Program-made: the position numbers and the translations under genes
Shown: positions 1 through 12,317 of the stretch, piece by piece
Layout of the letters: every line of letters begins with the position of its first letter
How positions within the stretch are numbered: position 1 is the first letter of the stretch
Notes under the pieces: generated by a model
Told to the model about the DNA's origin: nothing
Database searches by the model: none
What the model saw: the letters and a program-made list of their open reading frames with translations, nothing else
From: Trichinella spiralis
Taxonomy: Eukaryota
NCBI RefSeq assembly: GCF_000181795.1
Contig: NW_003526943.1
Span: 4,181,228 to 4,245,227, forward strand
Length of the DNA stretch: 64,000 nt
Direction: 5' to 3'

Positions 1-2208
1 AAAACAACAATAAGCAAAGGGATGAAGTGTATGTATGCGGAATAAAATTGCAGTATTTTTCTTATTTTTGAATATCAGATTATTTATTATCCGAGCATAC
101 TTACTTGATTGCAGAAAATGAACGACTGTGCACAGAGAGGTGGCTTCGAGGGGTAGACGCGCGTTGGGTGGAAAGCGTTTATATTGTCGACAGTAGGTGG
201 AAGAAAATGACGACGTCAATGGTGCGATGAAAGCTGAAAGCTGCCATGTGAAAAGATCAATCCCGTCTGTTAGTGGTGAAACCACCTGGTGGCGGATCTT
301 TGCCAATTCTGGCTCAACAGTTGGCTCATCTGGCAGAAATTGATCACACCGCTCGAAGCTTGTCGTCCATTTCTGTCAAGCTGTAAATTCAATTTCAACA
401 AATTTCGCCAAGCTTCCAACGTCCGCTTCAATTCAACGTGCGATTCCCAATTATGATGAACCATTTGAATAATCAGCCGGGCGGATCATTACGCACCACG
501 CTTCGTCGTCGGCAGCAATGGAAAATTGTCAATCGTCCGCCACATCTGTCCTTACCACTAACTATCCCACTCCAACATGTAATCTCTATACTAGAACAAT
601 TAAAATGACAACCCTCTGAAGAGGGAATTCTGTTCAAAAAGAAAAACTGTTTTATTTTAATGTTTCAATTTATTGTAAATTGTCATTTGAAATTTGGAGG
701 AAAAAGTTTTGTCTCAATTAGCATCCGCTATCAAGCTCAATGATGCTAACAACAATTTATTACATTCAACGGCATTAAAAACAACATGAAAGACAAATTA
801 ATTCTGTTCAAGCTTAATTAAAAGCAGCCCACGTTGAAAATTGTCTCTAAATCACACTAATGAATGTTCCAGTGGAGTTTTTGATGAATCAATTATTCAT
901 TTATAAAATGTATAATTTAAAATTGTGAAAATGCAGTTTTATTCATTTTTGCAAAAATAATCCCATTTTTTTGCCATTTGCCCATTTATTAATATGATCT
1001 TATTTTTTGCATATTTTTAAGCATGGCAAAGCAAATTTCTTTTTGAATTTTTCAAAACTTTAAATCTAACATATAAATTGCGTTCTTTCATGTTTATGCT
1101 CGTTTTAAATAGTTGAGTTATCATTCTTTGAAAAACTTTAATTAAAAAATTGATATATTCCATCAACTATTAATACGATTATAATCTGTTCAATAAAGCA
1201 TGTTCGAAAATACTTTTTTTATTATGTTGGCATTAAAAAAAGGATGTCAAACCTTTTTTAATAAATTAATTTTTTTCATTCCTATTGCAATTTAAAATCA
1301 AAATTGAAAATTGTAAATACGATCGTAAAACACAATGCGCAATGAATTACAACTTTTATTTCAAAAAATAAAAACATCTGTAGAGTGTTTTCAGAAACAA
1401 GAACCAATAACTTTTTTGCAGTGCTAAATTATGCATAAAATTTAATAAATTATTTATTCATTTGTCAATTTATTTTCAAGTGTATCTGAACAGTTTTACT
1501 TCTTATCGCTGGCATTAGTAGAGGATTAGAGTCTCTCTGCATTAGAGGAATCTAAAACCGCATTTGAAATGCATATTTTGAACAAATTTAAAATAGTTTC
1601 ACATTTTTTATTTGTTTTATTAAATTAATTGATTTACATTATTTCAAACGTCAATTAAATTATACAAAATAAATTTACAAATTTTATTTTTGCGATGCTT
1701 CACAAAATTTTGCAATTGTTTTATAACAAAGGTGAAAAAATACTATTGAAAATTTTATATTTAATAAATTCAATAATAAAATTTTCTAATAACTGTGCAT
1801 ACAATAAAATATTTCGAATTACTTTCGCATAGCTTTGATCTCTCATATTTTAACAGATATTATGCACCAGCATTGTGTTAACTTGCTTTTTGCAAAATTA
1901 TTAAATATTGTAATTTTTTATAAATCGTTCTTTACAGTATGCATTATGAAATGGCTATGCAGTGAACAAAACAAAATTTAACAAAAAATTATCATTTTAT
2001 AAATAACCGTCATTTATTTTCTTGTACCATATAATGAAATAGTGCGAGTTTATTTTATTTTTAAAGTTAAAATTTATTAAAACACTGAAATATTTTCATA
2101 CTGTGAGTGACCTTCTAACATTTTTTCATTCGGTGCATGTTTTTAGTAATTAATAAGCATTGCTATTTATGATGAAATTTGCAACTCAACATAATTTTAT
2201 TATTAACT

Positions 2209-2243
2209 TTTATTATCATTATTATTATTATTATTATTATTAT
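2209..2243. repeat. (ATT)n microsatellite
   Basis: Direct read of attattatt... run; explains the spurious poly-Ile ORF 2179..2388. Confidence 0.85.
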
Positions 2244-2784
2244 GTTGAAACGCTACAACCATTTCCATTTCCTGTTGTTGCTGTTCTCTGCACTAAATAA
2301 TGTCATTACTCCGGTGCACTTTGTTATTAAAAATTTAATTAATGCCAACAATATTTTTTCTAGGAAATTTATTCGTTGCGCTTCCTAAGTAAAAAGTGAA
2401 TTGTGAAACGTAATTGAAAAAAGAAACCTACCTGACTGATAAGATATGAGGCAATATATAAGTTTTATTATTCTCTAGCTGCGAAAATATATATTATCAT
2501 ACTGGTGTACAATAATACTATAAAAGACGCAAATGCAAGTTACAGTTTGTTTGTTGTTGTGGCAAAAGCTGCAAATTTTTTTAAATAATTTATTATATTA
2601 TAAACTTAGTTATTTATCAAAACAAAAAACACTCATTTGATCCATATATAAACATAAATGTAAATGTAAATGTAAATATGATAAATACCAAAACATTGTA
2701 AGTTATCATGGAAAATAGTTTAAATACATTTAAAATATAATAAAATTGGTTAGTTTTCAAAATGTTGTCAGAAATAAACGCCAT

Positions 2785-4611
2785 TCAGTATCTCCTTCGC
2801 CTTCTCGGCCTAAAATATTGTAGAATAAAAATTACAAGGAGCATTTTAATAACATGTAAAAAAGCAATTAAAAATGAAAATATAGCTTAAGATACGATTG
2901 TGTATCTGTACTGTACCTGTACGAATCATCATCCCTTTCACTGTATGAGTGACTTCTCCTCCTGGGCCAGTATCTTCTTCTTCTCCGGCGTTCTGGTGCC
3001 CTTGAAATTTCACTGTCATCTCTTTCATGTCTTCTGTCATGTCTAAATTCAAGTTAAAGGTCTGTCATTAAAATTTTTTATCACTATTAATTCATTTCAA
3101 TTAAAAATAATATTCGGTAAAAATTAAAAATTTGAATAATTTAATTTGAATAAACTGACTATGTAATTCAGAAGTATAAATTCTCACCTTCTCGAATCCT
3201 CTGATTCACGGGCTCTCGTCATTTCACTTTCATCACATCTATCTCTTGATCTAAAGTGAAATAAACCACTTTCAAATAGAGTATAAAAACTGAAAATTAA
3301 CAAGACAAGTTGACATTTAACATCAACATAAATTTCAGTTTAGAATAATAGAAAATTATACATTCACATCCTAATCAAAGTAAATATAAAAATATTCAGC
3401 AATACATTGCATGAAAAGTATAAAATAGGAATGATATAAGAAAATTGAAAATTAATAATAATTTTACCCTCGTGATGGACCATCATCATACGTTCTTGTC
3501 ATTTCGCTAACGTCCATTCTCCTTCGTCTTCTAAATCAAATTTGAAATCTAATGTTAGTACAGTAAAACATATACTAAAAAGAATAATAAACACAGAATC
3601 GAATATATGCTTATTAGATGGCAATATATTTTTGATATTTTGTAATAATTCTGCAATAAACAAAAATTAGTAACATATTTGAAATTAAATTATATTATTA
3701 TAATATAAAAGTAATATTTCATGCTTCATGCACTTAATAAAGCAATAAACATTAGGAAACGTCATATTATTATAAAAATTAAATTTGAAAATCACTTTGT
3801 AATAATTATGCAAAAAGATGATGCTAAGTGAAAAGGCTATAAAAGCAAACCTGAAATCAATTCTATCCCTCCATCTGCGTCGCCGTGGTTCACCTACTGA
3901 TTCATCGTATCTATCACTTCGATGTCTTCTTCGTCTTACACGGTCATATCGATCCCTAATTTAAAGTAAAAGTTAATATTTGCAATTTGCTAATAAAAAT
4001 TAAATTATACTATAATATAGTAAATTGTAAAATATGATTAGTTTTCCAGAGTTTTTTAATAGTACATTCTAAAGTAGCAAAAGCCAAATAGAAAATAAAA
4101 AAGAAAGAAATGAAACACAATATTGATTAAAATAAATGTTATACATTGAGCAGATGGATCGTTTAAATTAAAAAATAACAAAAAAATTCTATATGGCAAC
4201 TTTGAAAAATGTCCATAAAGTTCAGCAAAATAAAATAATTAATTACCTCATTCTTCCAGCTGCCTCTGTAGCGTATGATGACAAACGCTTTCTTACATGA
4301 GCGCTTTAAAGAAAATTTCCATTAATTGTGGAACTGATTTATCATAATTCCAAGTCACTTACGTGCGCCTGCTTATAGCGGAAAAGTCTCTGCAAAATAA
4401 ATTACAAAATGAAACAAATCAAAAGAAAAAAAACAACAATAAAAAAATTATTACCCAAAAGTTCGTTCTCCTCTATCGTACCGTGACATGTCTTTCCTAG
4501 AATAAAAAATGAATTTATTAAAAAAAACGGGGAAACATTTAATGGAATTTTCTAAAAATATTCAAAATAATATCGTTATTGAAAAATAAATTGCATGTGT
4601 TGAATGCAGAA

Positions 4612-4651
<40 letters not shown>

Positions 4652-7600
4652 TAGAAATTCTCAAAACTCTTACCTGGATTGATCTATTGCTTTTGAAACA
4701 CTACTTTGAGCAGCGTCCTTTATTTCCCTGTAAAGCAGTTATTATTATTATTATTATTATTGAAATCTAATGTAATTTACAAGAGAAATATCTTACGATT
4801 GTGATGTAACTTTGCTTACTGCAGATTTTTCCCTAAAAATAAAAATTTAGAAATAAATAAACTGACTAAATTGACGTGAATGAAGTAAACAAATATACGC
4901 TTCAGATTTCCCTTCTGCAGTAGATTCTCCTTTGCTGCAAATAAAAACATTACATTTAAAAAAAGTTGAACAATAATAAATAATTTAATTAACAATAATA
5001 ATATATAAATATGAATCAACTCACTTGCTCACTTTGGATGATTCTATATCGTCAAGTGGTCTGAAATTGTAAAATTTTTGCTTTTAGCAATATGTCAATC
5101 ATTTTTAATTTTGATCAGACAATGAAAAATAAGATTAGAAATTTTTTTTACTTTCCATAATTCTCTCCATAACTGTATTCAATGATCAGTGCTAAATATG
5201 CTGCAAAATAGGCAAGGATTGTCCACATAACAACAACAACCCAGTACATATTCTAAAACAATATTCAACAGTTCTGCCCGTGATCAGCAAAAATGATCGC
5301 ATCACCGTCAACTTACAAATGGTATTGCTATGTCTACGCAAATTGCTTTATGAAATGTTTGAAGTTGATAAAGCAAACTGTCACATTCCAACACTTCATT
5401 TTGTAACTAAATAAATAAAACATTTTTTTAATTGTACAAAAGTTTGCCAACTCGTGATCATTGGTTTCAAAGAAGTGTATTAATTAACCGTACCTTTTCA
5501 CTAAATCGATTAACATGATTATAAAGCATATTCAACTTTCTTTGCATTTGCCGTTTTACTAGCACTTTTCCAGATTTCGCTTTCAACATAAAGTTATGCA
5601 ACAATTTCACAAAACCAATGATCCGCGATTTCAAACTTGTGCACGACTCATTTTCAACACTGCTTTGTAGAATTAATTTCTCCAAAGCCTAAAAAAGCAC
5701 TGTACTGTAACAAAAATTACTTTAACCAAAAAAATATACATCTAAAGTATGATTCTTTTCAACAGAATTTCCATGTGCTGATCCATTTGATTGCCTTCTG
5801 CTCCGTACATATCGAACTCCCTAAAATTTTTACTTAAATGAAATCTGATATAAAATTTGGAAAAAAACTTCCATACCAACACGTTATTCAATGCCCTATA
5901 TACGGTGCTTCCTTCAATCCCAAGCGCGCTGTACAACGTCTTTCCCGCCTTACAACTTCTAAAGACATTTTGCTGTAATGCATACTCTGTCTTAAGCTAT
6001 TCAAATTAAATATTACTCTAAAACACGTGAAACAGATTTCGAATTCCCCGCATAGCGACGGAATCGACTCTTAAATAAATGAAAATCTTCACCATTCAAT
6101 GGTTCATCCTTAGCGCGTTTCTGAAACCGATTAAACTGTAAAGACTTTTATTTAAAACATGTAGCAACAATTAAAGTATCACAATATAAATTGCTTCGTT
6201 GGCAAGACGAATTAAATCAATCCGTTCAATATCATCATGAGTAATCTAAAATTGGAATTCAAATTTCACATAAATTCGGTAATGTTAAGCTAATTTTGAT
6301 GCTGTTATTACCACATTAAGCCCACTTCTCTCTGCGACATTCTTTGCATTTTCACATGAAATGTACACAAAACCACCAACTGCAATCCAAAAGCACAGAT
6401 AACATGCAATTAAGAAAGATGTTGCAGTCGCGCACGAGGCTCCACTATAATTTTACATAAAATAACATGTGTTCGTAATATTCTCATAAAAGTATTAAAT
6501 TTAAATGTAACACATTTTCACAACATATAATTTTTGAAATGAAAATGCACAATAATTCTATGTGCAGTAGAATATTTTATATGTTTTCAGTGCTCAAGAC
6601 TGAGCAAATAAATGAAGGAAAGTAATAAATAATCTTCAAATTCATCTTCATTGTTTTAATTCATTTTTCTTTACTAATTAACCTGTAATGACTATTCATA
6701 AAAAATATGTCCTTTTCTTACCTTCGAAAGATCTTAAACTTAGCAGTCGAAGCTACTCCTTTTTGAAATATTCTTTTAGTCATTAAAATAGCGCCCAAGC
6801 AATAAAGAAGCGATATTCCCAGAAGCCAATACAACACAAGTATAGATATATATCTCCTGAAAAGATCATTGCATTACATTTAATACTTTTCAGCAACTAT
6901 TATTTCAGAATTAAAAATAATTCAACAATTAAAGTATCGAATAATATTTGCCACAAACATACATTACATAAGTAAAAATGTGCATTATAAACGTTCATTT
7001 TAAGAATGGAATATAAACAGTTGCACAGTAATTCAAAACTTACGCAAAAATTAGATAAGGTGATAATATTTTTAGAAAATATTGAATACGATCCCTGAGG
7101 CTATCGCCAAATTTTACAACCTAAAAAGTAATACATCCGTCGTTCAAAGTTGCTTTCAATGACAAACAGCATTAATTATCATAATCAGGAGATGAACTAA
7201 TACAAACCTGGTGGCCAATTTTATCGAGAGCTCCTGCAAAAGACATAAGCAAATTTTTATAGTCATTCGTAGTGTAATACTGGTTTGATCTCTTGTATCG
7301 CATGTTTTGATCAGCTGCTGAACTGCTTGCTTCAATATTCTCATCATGTTTCGTTGTTTTCATTATGTCACCGCTGTTTGCATCGTTGCTTGAAAAATAT
7401 TCATCACAGTTACTACTTGAAAACTAAACAGAATCTCCATTATAATTGCTGTTTAAAAAAATTAATGCAGTTGAAAAGTTAAATGATCTATATGCAAAAT
7501 AATAAAATTTTCTCTGCTTGCTATAAATAGTAAAATGATGCATGCACATGCATGGCTTACAAGTTTGAAATATAGCCTCCATCGATTTAAAATCATTCGG

Positions 7601-9497
7601 CACTCAGTATTACAAACTGGCATGCATTCTGTTTTAAATTCTTCAATATGAGCCTCAATATATTTCATTGCGACTTTACAATTGTCATAAACTAAATCAA
7701 AAAATACAATTATGTACATATGTAAATTTGTTTATAAAATTAAATTGGCTAACATTCAGTCTCTTCTGGTAATGTGACACTCCTCTTCCGTCGATGACAC
7801 CATTCTAAAAATAATGATTATGTAGTTTTTGCATAAATGACAACGCATTATGTATTCTGCTAAAAATTCAATATCAGATCATCAAAATGGAAGGAGTTCC
7901 GTTACGTGCATGAAACTTTCACAGTAATTTGTTAAAGTTAAATCTGAAGAAATAATAACTGCCGTTTGAACAATAACTTACGAAACATCTGTAAAGCATG
8001 GTTGGTTTCTTTAGCTGCCAGTTGATACAGTTGCTATAAGAATAAAAACATTTAGTATCATGTGAATTTAAAATAAAAAAGTTACCTTATTAGTTTTCAA
8101 GCTGTAATTAAACAGCAGGTCCCCTAAAGGAAAGACATTTTCTTGTAAATTGGAAAGTCCACGGTACATTGCTGGTGAACCTGTTACGGCAAAGAAAGCC
8201 AGCGTTCTGTAAATACATAATAAATGAGCATCATTAGCTTGCAATACATCTACATTAAATTTTAGAACTAGCATACAAAGAAACAAATTAACAAATAGAT
8301 GCAATTTAAACAAATGATATTTTTATGCAAAACAAATTCAGACATAAACTTATAAAATAATCATTTACATCATTGCTGCGGACATTGCCATGACTAAAAG
8401 CAAGAGTATAGCATTCAAAGCTATTATAGGTGACTTTTTCAGGGCATCAGCTTTCTTTCTGCTTGCACAAGCGCAATATATAAGTGTCAAAAGCAACACT
8501 GCAACAAACCATCCTAATCCATAAGCGACTGGAATTAGCAAATCGTAGAACAACTAAAAATAAATAATTCAACTGTAGAACAGTTGTAGCAAAATGTATA
8601 TGAAATTTTTCCCTAACAAATTCTCCATCTCTGTATTATAAACAAAAAGCGAATGGCTGCTGATTTCATAAATTTTAGCAAAAATAAAAAATTTTTAATT
8701 CCCGTTATTTATCAAAACAATATTTTCATTTTGTTATTCAATTCAATCCCGTTTTTCATATATTAAAAGTGGTTTACACGCCTTTGGTGCCTCCCCGTTT
8801 TTATTGGTCGTTCGTGTAACCTATATCATTGGATGTTTTTATTGATCTGTGATTGGAGAATTCTTGTTTACTACATGTAAACGTAAAATAAACATTTAGT
8901 AAACAATAATCCACCAATCATAGATCAATAAAAATAGCCAATAAAGTTGCTAAAACCAGCGACCCATCATAATGCAGTAGCAGTAAAAAGTTGGCAAAGT
9001 AAAGATGAAAAATATTTTTTGGTTTGTGAATTCAAAAAAGTGCAATAATAATGAAAAAAATTATATACCAAATTGACGATTCCATTTTCAAACAGCGGCG
9101 ACGGTGCTGCATTTTCATCCGACCAGTCGGTAGAATTTCCTTCTTTGTTGCCAAAAACTATTCGCAAAAGCAGTTCAGAAACATTGTCTAAAAAGAAAAA
9201 AATTATTTTATGAAAGTTCTAATGACAGCTTTTTCTGTTAACTGTTATGGGTATGCATTTTTTAAGAAGATTAATCAAACGTCGAAATGGAACATAATAA
9301 AATAGAAATTATTCTTACTTGCTACGCTGGTCAATGGGAACAAAGTACCCATTGTCAGGTTCAAAGCAACATTGTACCAAATGTTGGTTTCATTAATTTG
9401 AAGTGGTGGGGGACGACTGCCTTCTAAGGGCAGTTTTTCGTAGGTGATGTAGCAGGACATCGTTCTCAGAGCAAACAAAATGCAAAATAAATGTGAA
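2785..9497 (-). CDS. Prominin-like pentaspan membrane protein with an extended Arg-rich, micro-exon-encoded C-terminal tail (start codon uncertain)
   Basis: Hand-spliced model stays in frame from 9497 to TGA at 2785. Five hydrophobic segments: TM1 and TM2 in 8368-8553 with an intervening 'YCACASRKK' loop, TM3 in ~6722-6857, TM4 in ~6312-6444 followed by 'ISCE', TM5 in 5152-5252. Prominin-type motifs: 'VLESCKAGKTLYSALGI' in loop 2 and 'ECDSLLYQLQTFHKAICVDIAIPFNMYW' before TM5. First in-exon ATG is at 9460; a hydrophobic stretch (SHLFCILFAL) lies just upstream in frame, so an earlier exon may exist. Confidence 0.8.
4613..4647. repeat. (TA)n microsatellite in an intron of the prominin-like gene
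   Basis: Uninterrupted tatatata run; explains the YIYIYI ORF. Confidence 0.9.
8828..8942. repeat. Long inverted repeat / hairpin inside a prominin-like intron (palindromic MITE or hairpin RNA)
   Basis: Arm attggatgtttttattgatctgtgattggagaattcttgtttacta pairs with tagtaaacaataatccaccaatcatagatcaataaaaatagccaat: 40 Watson-Crick pairs, 2 G-U and 4 mismatches over 46 positions, counted by hand. Confidence 0.8.
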
Positions 9498-9817
9498 CTG
9501 TGAAAACTGAGGCACTGATGTGAAAAGGTTTAAAATGACTTTAAAATTGTTTAAACATTTTTCTTTAAAATTGACATTAAAAATTAATATATTTTAAATT
9601 CAATTTAATCACGTAAATATAGTTATTACGGGTATTTTAAATAAATTTAAATTTTCTTTTCAGTTAAGGGAGGGGATTTTCAAAATTTTTTTTTTAATTT
9701 TCCACGCGACAAGTTTCAAACAACAATCAGCACAATATTGCAGTTTATTAGAAGTGAATGCAAAATAAAATGCACAAAATTTTGACCTTTGACAAAATTG
9801 AACACATTTTGCCTTTT

Positions 9818-10861
9818 CTATGGAAAGTTTTTCACGGTCGCAATCAACTGATTGGAATAATGGACAAATTCCGTAACTTCCCTTTCTCGTTGTTCACCAA
9901 TGGATATCTGAAAAAATTGATGCAAAAAGCTGATGTTAAAAAGTAATGCAATTTTCAGTTTTGCAACTTTAAATAATAAACAACACACATTGTACAAATA
10001 GCATAACACCAATTTTCACCAATAAAATATTAAGCAAATATCTTTATAACTCACATTATAATTATAACAAGGTGCAATCAGAATTTAATAAATTTTTAAA
10101 CTACCCGTTTCGAAAATAATTAATGGAACAAAAGTGGAGTATTTCACACTTACAAAGTCTTGAACAGATTGTTGGAAATTTTCACAAATTTCTTTCGTTT
10201 TATTCTTTTCAATAATGTCAATCAGAGATTTGGCCAGAGTATAAGCTTCTCTAAATTGTAAAAATTAAGCAAAACAACCACATAATACAGTACAGTGATT
10301 GTATTGTTACGTAGGAAGTAAAACTGATCCATCTTTTGATATATGGCTTTCACACAAAGCACCGTGATGCAAAACTTTGCACAGTGAAGTACATTTATCT
10401 TTGATAATTAGCATAATTTCCACAAATTCTACAAAAGCAATAAAACCAAGTCTAATAACAAAGAATAAAAATAAAAGCAAACAAAAAATAATAAGTTCAA
10501 CCACTTTCTGATGTAAATTTGCTTCGAAACTCTTTCAACGGCTCAATCTAAATTACATTTTTTTAATAAAATTGGAAATCAAAATAATTTCAATACCTGA
10601 AACTGTTTTCCGTACATTTCCAGTTCAGCATCATCAGTCGCAGAAAATAATGAATCCTAAGATTTGCTTTTCAATTTTTAAATAAATATCTTAAAGAAAA
10701 GTGAGTTTTCCTATAAATATAAATAAATCTTCTACTTCATTGGACTGGCAATTAACTTCCTCTTTTGGAGAATTATCAGCATCCGTTGCATTGATAGCTT
10801 CTCGCAATTCAGCCCATACTTTCGCAACGTCTAATTGAAGAATAGCATTTCCACTTTTCAT
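9818..10861 (-). CDS. Uncharacterised ~180-aa protein, 6 exons
   Basis: Frame-consistent exons at about 10736-10861, 10597-10656, 10502-10547, 10311-10428, 10154-10250 and 9818-9907: MKSGNAILQLDVAKVWAELREAINATD...FISIGEQREREVTEFVHYSNQLIATVKNFP*. No family recognised. Confidence 0.65.
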
Positions 10862-11743
10862 CGTCAGATATACTACAGTAAAATTAATTTAAATATATAC
10901 AGCATGTTAAAAAAACAAATTTAACATTTAAAATAATCAGTTATAATGAAAAAATGAAAATACAAAAAAATTTAATTGTAAATATAAGCAGAAAATTTCA
11001 AACATTCAAATTAAAAATTCATAAGAAAAAAGTTTTTGTAAAAGTAAATAAAATAATTGCAATGCACAAAAAGATTGAAGCACGTCAGTTGACATTTTTA
11101 ATGATTACAATGCAATGATATGAATACCACAGTTTGAGTTTGAGATATAATAAAGTAGAAAAGTATTTCTGTATCACTTAAAAAATTTGTTAACTTGTTC
11201 TCTCAAATTTTATGAAGCAGAAATAAATTTAGAAAATTAAGAATGATGAAATCAAAATTCAAAAATATTCGTTACATACTTTTGTTGCTTTACAGTGCTC
11301 GATTGGTCAATGCACTTATGCTTTATAAATAAAATGCGCTCGTAGATTCTGAAATTTGCATAAATATAGCTAGTCAGTGTTTTACATGGGCACAAGAGGT
11401 TATTAATGAGGATCAATAGAACTTCTTTGTTTTTGCTTTTTGAAGAAGTTTGCAAAAAGTACACATAGCCAGATTGTCAACGAATTGCGACCGCAACAAC
11501 ATTTGAAAAAAAGTAATGAACTTTTCATGCCTTAAAATTGCTATATGTATACTAGAGAAAGAATGCAAATTATACAACGAAACGCACAATGCAAGATCCA
11601 ATATGCAATCAGATGCTGTTGTGAAAAAATTCACCAAGAGTCATTTAATTGTTTATTAAGTAATTTAATTATTTGCTTTAAGTTGAAAAACCAATGAAAA
11701 CAATTCTACGATAGTTATAACTATCCATTTTATAACTAACATT

Positions 11744-12317
11744 TGTTGGAAATTCAGGATAACGACTTCGAGTCAGCTGCTGAAATCGGATACTACCGGA
11801 AAACATATCTATAACACTTGGTAATAATTATACTATTTTTCTTCGGATATTCTTTCGATAGAATTGTTTATTCGAACTACGAAAACCGAAATGTTAAACC
11901 TTCACTAGGCGCAAAATTGTGTGGGTACCGTTAAGAGAATTGTTTTTCTTTCTGTTCGTTTGATATTGGCATCATACCAACATCCTCTTCTTGTATATTT
12001 GCGAGGAAAACATCAAAATTATGATTATTATTATTGAGTTTTTTTGACACGACTGAGGCGAAATACGAGTTTCTATCTTTGTTCGGTGTTTTAGTCCTAT
12101 GTGGTTTGCAGTGCAGAGCTGCAAATAAACTGGGCTAAATTTCTTAATCATTTTACTTGACAGTCATAAATCGTTACATCTCTGATCTGTCTACAACTGA
12201 AAGCTATGGATTAGTGAGACGGACAATTTTTCGAAGGTTGAATTGGTGTGAGGAATAATTTGCAGTCTACAAACCTGACTGCCTGTAATTATTATTACTG
12301 TAGAAGAATTTCCAACA
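11744..12317. mobile_element. Probable solo LTR (TGT...ACA ends, BEL/Pao- or Gypsy-like)
   Basis: 12-bp terminal inverted repeats tgttggaaattc...gaatttccaaca, an internal AATAAA near 12124, GC-richer than the flanks, no ORF. No clean target-site duplication. Confidence 0.5.

Noticed and set aside
105..233. Possible minus-strand exon (acceptor ctttcag, donor gtaagt) of a gene running off the left edge
   Set aside because: One open frame but no recognisable protein; it could equally be a 5' UTR exon, and I cannot verify it within the window.
2846..3052. ORF-track peptide MNLDMTEDMKEMT...
   Set aside because: Wrong frame; splice phase shows this exon is read as the Arg-rich prominin tail.
5152..5252. 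MYWVVVVMW... as the signal peptide of a standalone secreted micro-exon gene
   Set aside because: The upstream exon splices in frame and supplies the prominin C...C...PxNxxW motif, so this is TM5.
7906..7943. Extra 38-nt exon candidate in the prominin-like gene
   Set aside because: Including it breaks phase with the downstream exons; skipping it keeps the frame.
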